A DNA stretch of 64,000 nt from Candidatus Moraniibacteriota bacterium (GCA_036845785.1 DAIUDF010000002.1:4552-68551); one strand, 5' to 3'. Counted from the stretch's first letter, positions 28,638 through 38,650 are shown. Made by a program: numbers and translations. Notes: generated by a model not told the origin, from the sequence alone.

Positions 28638-28868
28638 CTACTGTTTTTTAATAATAAGTTTTGGATCCAAGCAGTTGAAATCACACTTGGCATTTTTGGT
28701 TCCTTGTTCTATTAGTTCTTTGGAACATTGGTTGAGTCTTTCCTGGCAAGCCGCTTTGCTTTCATTGAAATAATTCATATTAACCTCATAGCCAAAATAT
28801 TGCAAGACAAAAAATCCAACCACAGCAATGCCCACAAGCCAAACAATAAATTTTATGAGATGAAACAT
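28638..28868 (-). CDS. small single-TM protein with a 4-Cys C-terminal segment
   Basis: 76 aa. Its stop lies 4 nt before the GT2 ATG (translational coupling). Contains 'CQERLNQC...CDFNC'. Confidence 0.4.
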   Translation of the reverse strand: MFHLIKFIVWLVGIAVVGFFVLQYFGYEVNMNYFNESKAACQERLNQCSKELIEQGTKNAKCDFNCLDPKLIIKKQ

Positions 28869-29013
28869 AAATTTTTTGAAATTCGAAATTCGAATCTCGA
28901 AATTCTAAACAAATTATAATTTTTAAAATTATAAATTCAAAATGTTTCGAATTTTTGTCATTTGAATTTTGATATTGTTTAGGATTTCGGATTTTGTGCT
29001 TCGAATTTTTATT

Positions 29014-30294
29014 CTAGTGTCCTATTCCTTTATACAGTATACCATGTTTTTCTATTTCTTCCTTATTGAGCGCGTTCATGCCATCGACAAGCACTTTGAT
29101 GCCGTGTTTCTTGAAGAGGACCGGATCAGTTTCCAAAAATTCTTTGTGGTTGGTGGCTAAAATCAATGCGTCTGATTTTTCCAATAGTTCTTCTAGGGTT
29201 GCCACAGTTGAATGTTCTTTGGTGTACGGATCAAAAACAAGAACATTAGCCTCGTGGCGCTTCAAATGCTTAATTATTTTAATTACCGGTGATTCGCGAA
29301 GATCAGCAATGTTAGCCTTGTATGAAATTCCCAAAATTCCAATGTTTGTTCCATTGAGCGGCATTTTAACTTTATTGAGAGCGTCCTGCAAAATTTCCAC
29401 CGTATATTCCGGCATAGAATTATTGACTTTGCGGGCAATTTTCAAAAATTCATGGTCAAAACCGGAAGCTTTGGCTCTTTCAATGAGATAATATGGGTCA
29501 ACCGGGATGCAGTGTCCGCCCACTCCGCGGCTTGGCCAATGGGGCATGAAAGCAAAGGGTTTGGTTGAAGCACCTTTGATCACATCTACAATATCAATAT
29601 CCAGTATATCAAAAGATTTTGCCAGTTCATTCACAAAAGCCAGGTTTACATCGCGGAAGGAATTTTCCATGATTTTGACGGCTTCAGCTTCGCGGATGGA
29701 TTTCATCGGCATAATTTGTCCGTCAATAACTTTTTCATAAAATTCTACGGCTTGATCCAAGCCCTTCTTTGTGAAAGAACCGACAACGCGGGGAATGTTA
29801 GTGACATTCCATTTTGGATCGCCAGGATTGATTCTTTCCGGGCAATGCGCCAACTCATAATCTTTGCCAATTTCATAGCCGGCTTCATCAAACATTGGTT
29901 TAATGACTTCTTCACAAACACCGGGGTTGATGGTGGATTCAATGATAATTAATTGTCCGGGTTTTAGATTTTTCACAATCGCTTCGTTGGCAACTTTTAC
30001 CGGCGCGAGATCGGGAAAATAATTTTCATCAATCGGAGTCGGTACGCACATAATGACAATGTCGCATTTCTTGATTATAGACGGATCATCGGTAGCGGTA
30101 ATTTTTACTTTTGGCAGGTTTTCATTCAGAAATTCTTCATTAATGGTGGTTTTTCCGGCATTAATCAGGTCATTTTTTTTGGTGTCGTTTTCGAGTCCAT
30201 AAACTTCATAGCCCTTGAGGGCGCATTGAACAGCCAGTGGAAGACCGACATAACCCAAGCCGATGATGCAGACTTTTTTAGATTTGTTTTCCAT
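29014..30294 (-). CDS. nucleotide-sugar dehydrogenase (UDP-N-acetyl-mannosamine/glucosamine 6-dehydrogenase family)
   Basis: 'VCIIGLGYVGLPLAV' Rossmann motif and the catalytic Cys region 'GVGGHCIPVDP'; 426 aa. Confidence 0.7.
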   Translation of the reverse strand: MENKSKKVCIIGLGYVGLPLAVQCALKGYEVYGLENDTKKNDLINAGKTTINEEFLNENLPKVKITATDDPSIIKKCDIVIMCVPTPIDENYFPDLAPVKVANEAIVKNLKPGQLIIIESTINPGVCEEVIKPMFDEAGYEIGKDYELAHCPERINPGDPKWNVTNIPRVVGSFTKKGLDQAVEFYEKVIDGQIMPMKSIREAEAVKIMENSFRDVNLAFVNELAKSFDILDIDIVDVIKGASTKPFAFMPHWPSRGVGGHCIPVDPYYLIERAKASGFDHEFLKIARKVNNSMPEYTVEILQDALNKVKMPLNGTNIGILGISYKANIADLRESPVIKIIKHLKRHEANVLVFDPYTKEHSTVATLEELLEKSDALILATNHKEFLETDPVLFKKHGIKVLVDGMNALNKEEIEKHGILYKGIGH

Positions 30295-30295
30295 T

Positions 30296-30500
30296 TACCC
30301 TGTTAAATAAGATTTGTTACTCTTTAGGCTTAAATCTTTTTAGTTATTTAACAGGGTGAATCCCGTTAAATAAGATTTGTGCCTCTCCTTTAGGAACAAC
30401 TTATTTTTAATTAATTTTTCTAAATTTACTCGCCCCGTCATTTTAGTAATAAAATCTTAATTTTAATTTCTCAGAAATTAAAATTATTTAACAGGGTGAA
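30296..30500. repeat. cluster of four copies of the TTATTTAACAGGG core motif in both orientations
   Basis: Copies at 30298-30320 (-), 30343-30360 (+), 30362-30385 (-, variant AACGGG) and 30481-30499 (+). Also a 15-16 nt direct repeat TTAAATAAGATTTGT at 30303 and 30366. Confidence 0.7.
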
Positions 30501-30602
30501 TATTGTTGTTTATAAATTACCTTTCATATAATAAAGCATTTTTAAAGTTTATACAAGATTAAGAGATTGTGTCCTTTTCGTTTTGGCTGAAATGGGATAT
30601 AA

Positions 30603-31787
30603 TTGTCATATATGCGAATCGGAATTAATGCGTCGTTTGCGCGCAAACAAAATACGGGGATAGGGCAGGTAACTGCTAACTTTTTAAAAAAGTTAGCAGA
30701 ATTTTCAATTTCCAATTCTCAATTTTCAAACAATAAGAATAAATACTTTATATATCTGGAGGAAAAGTTGCCGAAGGGCTTTAAATTGCCGAAAAATTTC
30801 AAACAAAGAGTTTTTTTGCCAAAATATAAACGTGATGATATTTTTCGTGCAATTTGGTGGCAAAAATTTCTCTTGCCAAAAAAAGTTCAAGACGACAAAT
30901 GTGATGTTTTTTTAAGCATGTTTCAATGTGCAACCGTTATGCCAAAGAACATAAAGCATTTAATGATTGTGCATGATATTATTCTCAACATTTTTCCTAA
31001 ATATTTGAATAATTGGAGAAAAAAATATTTTTGGAGTCTAAGTAAAAAAGCTATTAGAAAAGCGGACAAGATTATTGCGGTTTCACATCGGACAGAAAAA
31101 GACTTGATTCAACATCTAGGCATCGATGCTGCCAAAATAAGCGTGGCTTATATCGATGTTGATGAAATTTATAAAAAAGAAATTTCAGAAGAAGAAAGCC
31201 AGCGTGTGCTGAAAAAATACAAATTAAAACCGGGATATATTTTAGCTGGTGGGGGATTGGAAGTGCGTAAAAACATCGAAGGCGCACTCAAGGCGTATAA
31301 AATATTGCAAGATAAATATGGTCAATCCGGTTGGGTGCCACCGCTCGTTGTTTATGGCAAATTGATGCCGGAGCTCAAGCCTTTGGTGACAGACGCGGAA
31401 AAAGTGGCGGAAGAATTGGAAATCAAAAAGCAGGTAAAATTTTTGGGTTGTGTTTCGCAAGCAGATTTGCCCTATCTCTATCGCAATGCCAGTGTGTTTG
31501 TTTATCCTTCTCTCTACGAAGGTTTTGGCATGCCGATTCTGGAAGCTATGAATCAAGGCACGCCGGTCGTGACGTCTAAAGTTTCTTCACTACCGGAAGT
31601 GGGGAGTGACGCAGTTTTATATTGCGATCCGGAAAGACCGGAAGATATCGCGATGGTGGTTAAGAATATTTTAAATAACAATCATTTGAAAGCCGCACTT
31701 TCTATGAAAGGTAGGGAAAGAGCCACGCATTTCTCGTGGGAGAAGTTTGTGGGGAAAGTAATTAATATACTGAAAGATATAAATTAA
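30603..31787 (+). CDS. glycosyltransferase family 4
   Basis: 'YPSLYEGFGMPILEAMNQGTPVVTS'; paralog of 33998..35149. Confidence 0.75.
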   Translation: MSYMRIGINASFARKQNTGIGQVTANFLKKLAEFSISNSQFSNNKNKYFIYLEEKLPKGFKLPKNFKQRVFLPKYKRDDIFRAIWWQKFLLPKKVQDDKCDVFLSMFQCATVMPKNIKHLMIVHDIILNIFPKYLNNWRKKYFWSLSKKAIRKADKIIAVSHRTEKDLIQHLGIDAAKISVAYIDVDEIYKKEISEEESQRVLKKYKLKPGYILAGGGLEVRKNIEGALKAYKILQDKYGQSGWVPPLVVYGKLMPELKPLVTDAEKVAEELEIKKQVKFLGCVSQADLPYLYRNASVFVYPSLYEGFGMPILEAMNQGTPVVTSKVSSLPEVGSDAVLYCDPERPEDIAMVVKNILNNNHLKAALSMKGRERATHFSWEKFVGKVINILKDIN

Positions 31788-31811
31788 TATGGAAGGAGAT
31801 TAAAAATAAAA

Positions 31812-31857
31812 ACGCCCATACTGTATTACTTAACAATCAAGTAATAAAATAGGGCGT
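31812..31857. terminator. bidirectional terminator (nested hairpin)
   Basis: Outer stem ACGCCC/GGGCGT enclosing the perfect 8-bp palindrome TATTACTT-aacaatc-AAGTAATA; between convergent genes. Confidence 0.5.
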
Positions 31858-31872
31858 CTGGTGACTGGTAAA

Positions 31873-32226
31873 TTATTTTTTGGAAAGATTTATAATTGTC
31901 GCTAACATACTTACTTGAAAGACTGTTGCCGCTGTACTGATTTTGGGTATTTCTTCCCTCATTTTTTCTAGTTTTGTTGTAGTTAAAACTTTTTCTTCCA
32001 GTGAAATAATATTAGCAGCAGACATGTGATCAATTAGAAAACACAAAGTTAATACAATATTACAAACAATTTTTTGATCAAAAGGAGTAAGATTACCAAA
32101 TATTGATGTAAATTGTTCCATTAAATTAATAATCAGCCCCAGAAGATTCTTTTCTCCGCTGGTTTGCTTCAGCTCATCTAAAAGAGTAATGATAGCAAAA
32201 CCCCCCATCGAATTCAGATTGTTCAT
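31873..32226 (-). CDS. hypothetical protein
   Basis: 117 aa; no recognisable domain. Confidence 0.35.
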   Translation of the reverse strand: MNNLNSMGGFAIITLLDELKQTSGEKNLLGLIINLMEQFTSIFGNLTPFDQKIVCNIVLTLCFLIDHMSAANIISLEEKVLTTTKLEKMREEIPKISTAATVFQVSMLATIINLSKK

Positions 32227-32284
32227 TTTTAAAGTACCATCCTTTCTTTTTATTTTTTATTGTGTAAAATTTGTTTAATAGGTT

Positions 32285-33970
32285 ATGTTAGAATATTTTC
32301 AACAATTTGTCAATAGTTTGCAAGGTAAAACGACCAAAATTTACCTTATTTTAGCCAATATAATTCTGGTCATTTTTGCTATTTGGTTTTCCAATATCGG
32401 ACTTTTGCCATTTGTGAACTTCAGTGATTTTTTGATTTTTGCCGGTCTGGTTTTGCTTTTGGCTATCTATCGTCCGGGCTGGGCATTTGTGCTTTTTGTC
32501 GGATCTTTAGTTTTGGAAAATGTAAATTTGGCGCCGAAAATTTTAGGTTTTGCCCTCCGCCCCTATCAATTTCTGGCGTTGGCTTTGGTCATAGCTTTAG
32601 TTGTCAGAGGAGTGAGCAAGCGCTTGCCATTGCCGCCCAAAGAATTTTTTCCCAAATTCAAATGGTTTGACACATTGCCAATCATTTTTGCCGCAAGCGG
32701 ATTTTTGAGCAGTTTGATTTCACATGCCGGTTTCAAACAGGCAATTGTGGCTTTGTCTTTTGTAGTTCTCTATTTTCTCGCTAGAATTTATGTGCAAAAC
32801 ATGAATGATCTCAAGCGCATTCTGCCGTTCTTTCTGAGCAGTGGAATCATAGTTGCGCTATACGGAATATTGCAAAACATTCTTTTCATAAATGGAAGAA
32901 ATTCTTTTGAAGTCATGCCAGGAAGGCCGAATGCAACATTCTCGGAACCAGACTGGATGGGGATATATCTTGTTTTTTTACTTGCGGTTATATATACGAT
33001 TATATATAAAATTAGTATCGCAATAACCAATGACCAAGAAACAAATTCCAAACAAATTCCAATATACAATATACAAAATACAAAATTGGGTTATAAATTT
33101 TTTGATCGTTTAAAATTTGGTGATTGGATATTGTTTGTTTCTTGTTTCTTGTTTCTTGTGATTTCTTACATTACTCTAATTTTAACAGTAAGTCGCAGTG
33201 CGTGGCTGGGAGCGGTTTTTGTGACGATTGGATTTTTAAAGATTATGTTGACCAACGGTTCTTGGAAAATGTCGCAATGGGATTGGAAAAAATTCGTGTG
33301 CTCATTGGGAAGTATTGTTGCGGTTGTAATTATTAGCATAGGAATTGTGTATGTTTTCAATCTTTCACGCTTCCAAATTTTTAATCGAGCTGCCAGCACC
33401 GGAGGGCTCCAAAAAATCACCATTGCTTGCGAAGAGAATACATATAAAAAAGACTTGGCTCCTGATAAAATAAATAATGTTTCAGAATTGGAACAATATG
33501 GCTGTCGGCATATTAATTTGGAAGAAATTGAAAAGGAAAAAGCTGCGGGATTTGCAATAAAAGAAATTTATCGCAATGATCCAAATGTAAATATCCGAGC
33601 GGAAATATACAAGAAATCTTGGGAACAAATCAAGGCTCATCCAATTTTCGGAATCGGGTGGGGAAGCATCAGCCGAATCTTAGGCACTGATGAACGTGGG
33701 GCAGGGCTTAATGCCAGCAACATATTTCTGGAAACATGGCTGGGATCAGGATTAATTGGAATTTTATCTTTTATAATCTTATTGGTATATATTTTTGCCA
33801 AAAGCGTGAAAATATTTTTGAGTAAAAGTATAATTGACAAATCAGTTGCAGTCTTTATTCTTTTAGGATGGACAGCTATCATAATTCCAAATCTTTTTAA
33901 TTCGGGAATATTTTTAGGATTTTTATGGGTATATTTGGCAGCAACTCTCGGGTTAATGGAAGAAGTTTAA
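32285..33970 (+). CDS. O-antigen ligase / polymerase family membrane protein (Wzy_C-like)
   Basis: Multi-TM, with the 'VSRSAWLGAVFV' motif typical of the O-antigen ligase domain and an inserted soluble domain. Confidence 0.5.
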   Translation: MLEYFQQFVNSLQGKTTKIYLILANIILVIFAIWFSNIGLLPFVNFSDFLIFAGLVLLLAIYRPGWAFVLFVGSLVLENVNLAPKILGFALRPYQFLALALVIALVVRGVSKRLPLPPKEFFPKFKWFDTLPIIFAASGFLSSLISHAGFKQAIVALSFVVLYFLARIYVQNMNDLKRILPFFLSSGIIVALYGILQNILFINGRNSFEVMPGRPNATFSEPDWMGIYLVFLLAVIYTIIYKISIAITNDQETNSKQIPIYNIQNTKLGYKFFDRLKFGDWILFVSCFLFLVISYITLILTVSRSAWLGAVFVTIGFLKIMLTNGSWKMSQWDWKKFVCSLGSIVAVVIISIGIVYVFNLSRFQIFNRAASTGGLQKITIACEENTYKKDLAPDKINNVSELEQYGCRHINLEEIEKEKAAGFAIKEIYRNDPNVNIRAEIYKKSWEQIKAHPIFGIGWGSISRILGTDERGAGLNASNIFLETWLGSGLIGILSFIILLVYIFAKSVKIFLSKSIIDKSVAVFILLGWTAIIIPNLFNSGIFLGFLWVYLAATLGLMEEV

Positions 33971-33997
33971 AGGCTGAAACAATCATCTTTCAATCTT

Positions 33998-35149
33998 ATG
34001 CGTATAGGCATCGATATCAGATTAATCGGTAAAAAAAGAACCGGCGATGAAGCGGTTGTTTTTAATCTGGTCAAAAATTTGGCTAAAATTGACCAGACTA
34101 ATGAATATTTCCTATTCACCGATGTTGTTGATGAAGAACAGTTGAATGTAATATCAACACAAATTGATATATCAGATAAAAACAATTTCAAAATAATTTC
34201 TTTGCCGAACAGAAATAAATTTACTTGGAATTTTTGGACATTGCCGAAATATCTTCGCCGAAATCCAGTGGACGTTTTCCACACGCAATATATTACGCCC
34301 TGGTTCGTGCCAAAAATCATTAAGATTGTGACGATTGTTCACGACATTTCTTTTAATTCTTTTCCGCAGCTCATCAAATTTTCCGATTTATTTTTCCTGA
34401 AAACCTTGATTCCGCTGAGCCTCAGGAGAGCTAACAAAATCATCGGCGTTTCACAATTTACCCGCAATGAAATAATAAAATTTTACAAGATTAAGCCGGA
34501 AAAAGTTGATTACATTTATGATTCAGTTAGTGATGATTTCCTGAATTCGCAATCCGGGGAAGAAATTCCAGAAACTAAAAAAGAAGAAATCAGAAAAAAA
34601 TACAATCTGCCGGAAAAATTTATTTTATACATGGGAACTTTGCAACCGAGAAAAAACATCCCGCAGCTTGTTGAAGCTTATGCGGCGGTTGAAAATAAAC
34701 TTGGCGGAATTAAACTGGTTATTTGCGGAAATCGCCAAGCGCATAATTTTGACAGGAAGATCGACAAGGCAATTGCGAAAAATAAACTGGAAGAAAACGT
34801 GATTTTCCCAGGATTTATTGAAGAAGAAGACAAAAAAACCATTTTTCAGATGGCTTACGCTTTCGTGTTCCCATCGCTCTATGAGGGATTCGGAATCCCG
34901 GTTTTGGAAGCCATGAGCCAAAAAGTTCCGGTTTTAGCTTCAGACATCCCCAGTTTGAAAGAAATCGCCCAGGATGGCGCATTATATTTTGATGCAACAT
35001 CCATTGCTGATTTTTCGCAGAAGTTGTATGATGTTTGTGTTAATGATAGCCTCAGAGCAGAGCTGATCCAATCAGGCGTGGCAAGAATCGGCTTTTTTTC
35101 TTGGAAAAATTCAGCCCAAAAGATGCTTGCAATTTATCAGGAATTGTAG
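33998..35149 (+). CDS. glycosyltransferase family 4
   Basis: 'FPSLYEGFGIPVLEAMSQKVPVLASD'. Confidence 0.75.
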   Translation: MRIGIDIRLIGKKRTGDEAVVFNLVKNLAKIDQTNEYFLFTDVVDEEQLNVISTQIDISDKNNFKIISLPNRNKFTWNFWTLPKYLRRNPVDVFHTQYITPWFVPKIIKIVTIVHDISFNSFPQLIKFSDLFFLKTLIPLSLRRANKIIGVSQFTRNEIIKFYKIKPEKVDYIYDSVSDDFLNSQSGEEIPETKKEEIRKKYNLPEKFILYMGTLQPRKNIPQLVEAYAAVENKLGGIKLVICGNRQAHNFDRKIDKAIAKNKLEENVIFPGFIEEEDKKTIFQMAYAFVFPSLYEGFGIPVLEAMSQKVPVLASDIPSLKEIAQDGALYFDATSIADFSQKLYDVCVNDSLRAELIQSGVARIGFFSWKNSAQKMLAIYQEL

Positions 35150-35195
35150 CATAATCATAAAGACTGTTTTTAATTAATAATAAATAAATTAATAA

Positions 35196-36416
35196 ATGTT
35201 TATGGAAAGTTACCAGCGGGATTCAAAAAGTCCTATTGTGCAAAAAAAGAAAAGAAGATGGCTGGTGCCATTTTTGGTTATTGTGGCAATAATTTTGGGT
35301 ATTGCAGGCTTTTTTGCCTGGAAAGCCGGTTTTACTTTGAGTAAGATTTCAACTGAAGGAGGAAGCGGATTATTGCAGAGCTTAACCCGCGTTATTCCGG
35401 GAGTTGAAAACAAGGTAAAAGGCGAAGAAGCAGGCCGCATTAATATTGCTCTTTTGGGAATGCGCGGCGAAAACATTCCTGGCGGAGGAACATTGGCGGA
35501 TACCATCATGGTTCTCAGCATTGAGCCTCAGGCCAACAGGGCGGCGCTTGTTTCGGTGCCTAGAGATTTGTGGGTGAAAAATCCGGGAAGCGAAACTTAC
35601 AGCAAAATAAACGCAGTCCATGCTTATGGTGAAGAAAACGGAAAACAGCAGGGACTTTCACAAATGGAAAAAGTTTTAGAAGATGTTTTAGGTATGCCGA
35701 TTCATTATGCCGTAAAAATTGACTTCAAGGGATTCAAGGAACTGATTGATGTAATCGGCGGTGTTCAAATCACGCTGGACAAGCCTTTTGAGGAAGGCGT
35801 GCAATTTAATAAACCCCATGTTTGCGATTCCTTTTTCACTGTTCCAACAGGAGAATATGAAAATAAAACAGTAAAATATTTCAGTGAATTTTCACGTACT
35901 TATAAAACACGGGTGGTTGAAAGTTATCCTTTATGCACGGCGCCACCTGATACATTAGAATGTGGAGGAAACTTCAAGCTAGCTGCTGGTACACAAACCT
36001 TGAATGGCAATCAAGCTTTGTGTTTTGCACGTTCTCGTGAGACATCCAGTGACTTCGAAAGAGCCAAGCGCCAGCAGATAATTATTCAGAAAATCCAGGA
36101 AAAAATTATAAGTCTTGGCACAATGAGCGATTTTGGCAAAGTGAATGCCATGCTAGACACTTTGGGCAATAATGTTAAAACTGATTTACAAGCTTGGGAA
36201 ATGAAAAGATTGTATGATTTGTATAAAGGTATGCAGAATATTCAGGTGACCAGACGCGTCCTTGAAGCTTCAGAAGAAGGATTGCTTTATTTTCCGGAAA
36301 CAACCCCGGAAAAAGGTTCAATTTTATCCCCAATCGGAGATAATTATGACAAAATAAGGGAAATGTTTAAAAATATCTTCACGTTGCCAGAACAATCTGA
36401 TATTAACCCAAAATAA
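35196..36416 (+). CDS. LCP family (LytR-CpsA-Psr) cell-envelope glycopolymer phosphotransferase
   Basis: N-terminal TM anchor, then 'INIALLGMRGEN', 'DTIMVLSI', 'VSVPRD', 'CFARSRE' LCP motifs. Confidence 0.7.
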   Translation: MFMESYQRDSKSPIVQKKKRRWLVPFLVIVAIILGIAGFFAWKAGFTLSKISTEGGSGLLQSLTRVIPGVENKVKGEEAGRINIALLGMRGENIPGGGTLADTIMVLSIEPQANRAALVSVPRDLWVKNPGSETYSKINAVHAYGEENGKQQGLSQMEKVLEDVLGMPIHYAVKIDFKGFKELIDVIGGVQITLDKPFEEGVQFNKPHVCDSFFTVPTGEYENKTVKYFSEFSRTYKTRVVESYPLCTAPPDTLECGGNFKLAAGTQTLNGNQALCFARSRETSSDFERAKRQQIIIQKIQEKIISLGTMSDFGKVNAMLDTLGNNVKTDLQAWEMKRLYDLYKGMQNIQVTRRVLEASEEGLLYFPETTPEKGSILSPIGDNYDKIREMFKNIFTLPEQSDINPK

Positions 36417-36438
36417 GTAAAAATTATTTTCTTTTTCA

Positions 36439-37248
36439 ATGGAACTTTCTATAATCGTTACGAATTATAAGAATTCAGAGCTTTTGAAATTGTGCCTGAA
36501 TTCAATAAAAAAAAGCACGATCAATGTCGCGTATGAGTTAATTGTTACTGATAGCGAAACACAGGAAGATATGGAAATGATGATGCGGGAAGAGTATAGC
36601 GATGTAAAATTTTTTCCGGACAAGAAAAACATAGGTTTCATGGCTTGTGCAGAAAAAGGAATTAAATATAGTAAAGGGGATTATATCTTAATTTTAAATG
36701 GCGACCTTATAGTTGAGCCGGATTCTATTCAAAAAATGCTGGAATTTTTAAAAAGCGATCCTCTAATCGGAATGGTTGGTCCTAAGCTTTTGAATTTTAA
36801 CGGAACGTTGCAATATTCATGTTTTAGATTTTATAAACCACAGACCATAGTTTATCGCAGGACATTTTTAGGTCGCTTATCATTTGCCAAAAAACATCTG
36901 GATCGGTTTCAAATGAAGGATTATGATCACGCTTCGCCAAAAGAAGTTGATTGGCTGATGGGAAGCGCGCTGATGATTTCTCGCAAAGCTTTGGAAAAAG
37001 TTGGTTTCATGGACAAGCAATATTTCATGTATATGGAGGATGTTGATTGGTGCAGGAGATTTTGGGAAAATGAATATAAAGTTATGTATTATCCGCTGGT
37101 AATGATGCATCATTATCATGGCAGAGGCAGCGCCAAGGGTGGAGTCATCAGGTCACTTATTTCTAGCCGTCTAACTTGGATTCATATTTTCAGTGCTATA
37201 AAATATTTCAAAAAATTCTGGGGAAAAGCTGTTCCGGAACATAATTAA
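36439..37248 (+). CDS. glycosyltransferase family 2
   Basis: 'LSIIVTNYKNSELL' and a DxD-type 'ILNGDLIVE'. Confidence 0.65.
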   Translation: MELSIIVTNYKNSELLKLCLNSIKKSTINVAYELIVTDSETQEDMEMMMREEYSDVKFFPDKKNIGFMACAEKGIKYSKGDYILILNGDLIVEPDSIQKMLEFLKSDPLIGMVGPKLLNFNGTLQYSCFRFYKPQTIVYRRTFLGRLSFAKKHLDRFQMKDYDHASPKEVDWLMGSALMISRKALEKVGFMDKQYFMYMEDVDWCRRFWENEYKVMYYPLVMMHHYHGRGSAKGGVIRSLISSRLTWIHIFSAIKYFKKFWGKAVPEHN

Positions 37249-37269
37249 AAAACTTAATTTAAAAATGAT

Positions 37270-38568
37270 ATGCAGGAAGAAGGCAGTGAAATCCAAGAGA
37301 AAACCGGATTGAATGATGAAAATAATTCTTTCAAAAAAAAGCTTGTCAGCAACTATTTGAAATTGGTGATGCTGGTTGTTTTTTGTGCACTTTTTTTCTG
37401 GATAGGTTTTGAAAAAGGAAAAGAAAACCAGATTTCTCAGCCGGCAGTAGAAATGCAGGAAGCTGTTTTTAAAAACAAGGAAAAAACCAATGAAAAAAGC
37501 ATTGATTTCTCCTTGTTTTGGGACGCCTGGGATTTGGTAAAAAATAAATATATCGATTCGGACAAGCTTGATGCCAATGATCTTTTCTACGGGGCGATAA
37601 AAGGCATGATGCAAGCAACAGGAGACCCTTATACAAATTTCTTCACTGCTGAAGAAAATAAAAAATTCAACGAAGACATCACCGGTGTTTTTGAAGGAAT
37701 TGGAGCTGAATTGGGAATTAAAAATGAGATTCTTACGGTAATTGCTCCGTTGCCGGGAACCCCGGCAGAAAAAGCCGGACTTCGCAGCGGAGACAAGATT
37801 ATAAAAATTAATGGCAAAATGGCAGCGGAAATGAGCATTGAAGAAGCGATTGATAATATCCGGGGACCAAAAGGAACTTCGGTGGTGCTGACGATTTTCC
37901 GAAACGGAGACCAGGATACCCGTGATGTGACAATTGAAAAAGACAAAATAAACGTGAAAAGCGTGACTTTGGAATGGAAAGAGGGGAATGTTGCATATAT
38001 AAACATAACTCGTTTTGGCGAAGATACCAGCAATTTGTTTTCTGATATTATCAATTCTGTCAAGGAAAAAAATGCAGCCGGAATAATCCTGGATCTGCGC
38101 AATAACCCGGGCGGATATTTAGGAACATCTATTGATGTTGCCAGTCGCTTGTTACCTAAAGGAAAAATTGTGGTTATTGAAGAAACGGGCGATAAAAGCC
38201 GCAAAAATATGGAAACTTATGGCGGTGATATTGCCAGCGGCATTGAAACGGTAGTTTTGATCAATGAAGGAAGTGCGAGCGCTTCGGAAATTGTGGCAGG
38301 CGCTCTCAGAGATAATCGTGAAAATGTCACGCTTGTCGGGGAAAAATCTTTCGGCAAAGGGTCTGTTCAGGAATTTATTGAAATGCCCAGGGGAACAGCG
38401 GCTAAAATAACAGTTGCCAGGTGGCTGACTCCCAAAGGTGTTCAGATAAATGAGCAGGGAATCAGTCCGGATAAAGAAGTAAAAAATACTTTAGATGATT
38501 ACAATAATAACAAGGATCCGCAACTAGATGCAGCGTTGGAAATATTGAAGGAAAAAATTAAAAAATAA
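37270..38568 (+). CDS. ctpA: carboxyl-terminal processing protease (S41, with PDZ domain)
   Basis: PDZ 'GTPAEKAGLRSGDKIIKINGK' and S41 'GIILDLRNNPGGYL' / 'LINEGSASASE'. Confidence 0.8.
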   Translation: MQEEGSEIQEKTGLNDENNSFKKKLVSNYLKLVMLVVFCALFFWIGFEKGKENQISQPAVEMQEAVFKNKEKTNEKSIDFSLFWDAWDLVKNKYIDSDKLDANDLFYGAIKGMMQATGDPYTNFFTAEENKKFNEDITGVFEGIGAELGIKNEILTVIAPLPGTPAEKAGLRSGDKIIKINGKMAAEMSIEEAIDNIRGPKGTSVVLTIFRNGDQDTRDVTIEKDKINVKSVTLEWKEGNVAYINITRFGEDTSNLFSDIINSVKEKNAAGIILDLRNNPGGYLGTSIDVASRLLPKGKIVVIEETGDKSRKNMETYGGDIASGIETVVLINEGSASASEIVAGALRDNRENVTLVGEKSFGKGSVQEFIEMPRGTAAKITVARWLTPKGVQINEQGISPDKEVKNTLDDYNNNKDPQLDAALEILKEKIKK

Positions 38569-38612
38569 ACCAAAATTTATACATTTGCTTGCCAATTTTT
38601 TGTAGAAAACAA

Positions 38613-38645
38613 AAACCGCCATTTTTTTGAAACGCGGTTTTTTTG
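38613..38645. terminator. bidirectional terminator
   Basis: AAACCGC ... GCGGTTT 7-bp stem with T-run between convergent genes. Confidence 0.45.
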
Positions 38646-38650
38646 TAAAA

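Noticed and set aside
30690-30735. CAATTTTCAATTTCCAATTCTCAATTTTC repeat resembling the upstream AATTTCCAATTT motif
   Set aside because: It lies inside the GT4 coding sequence (30603-31787), encoding a low-complexity 'FSISNSQFSNN' linker. It is probably compositional, not a regulatory copy.
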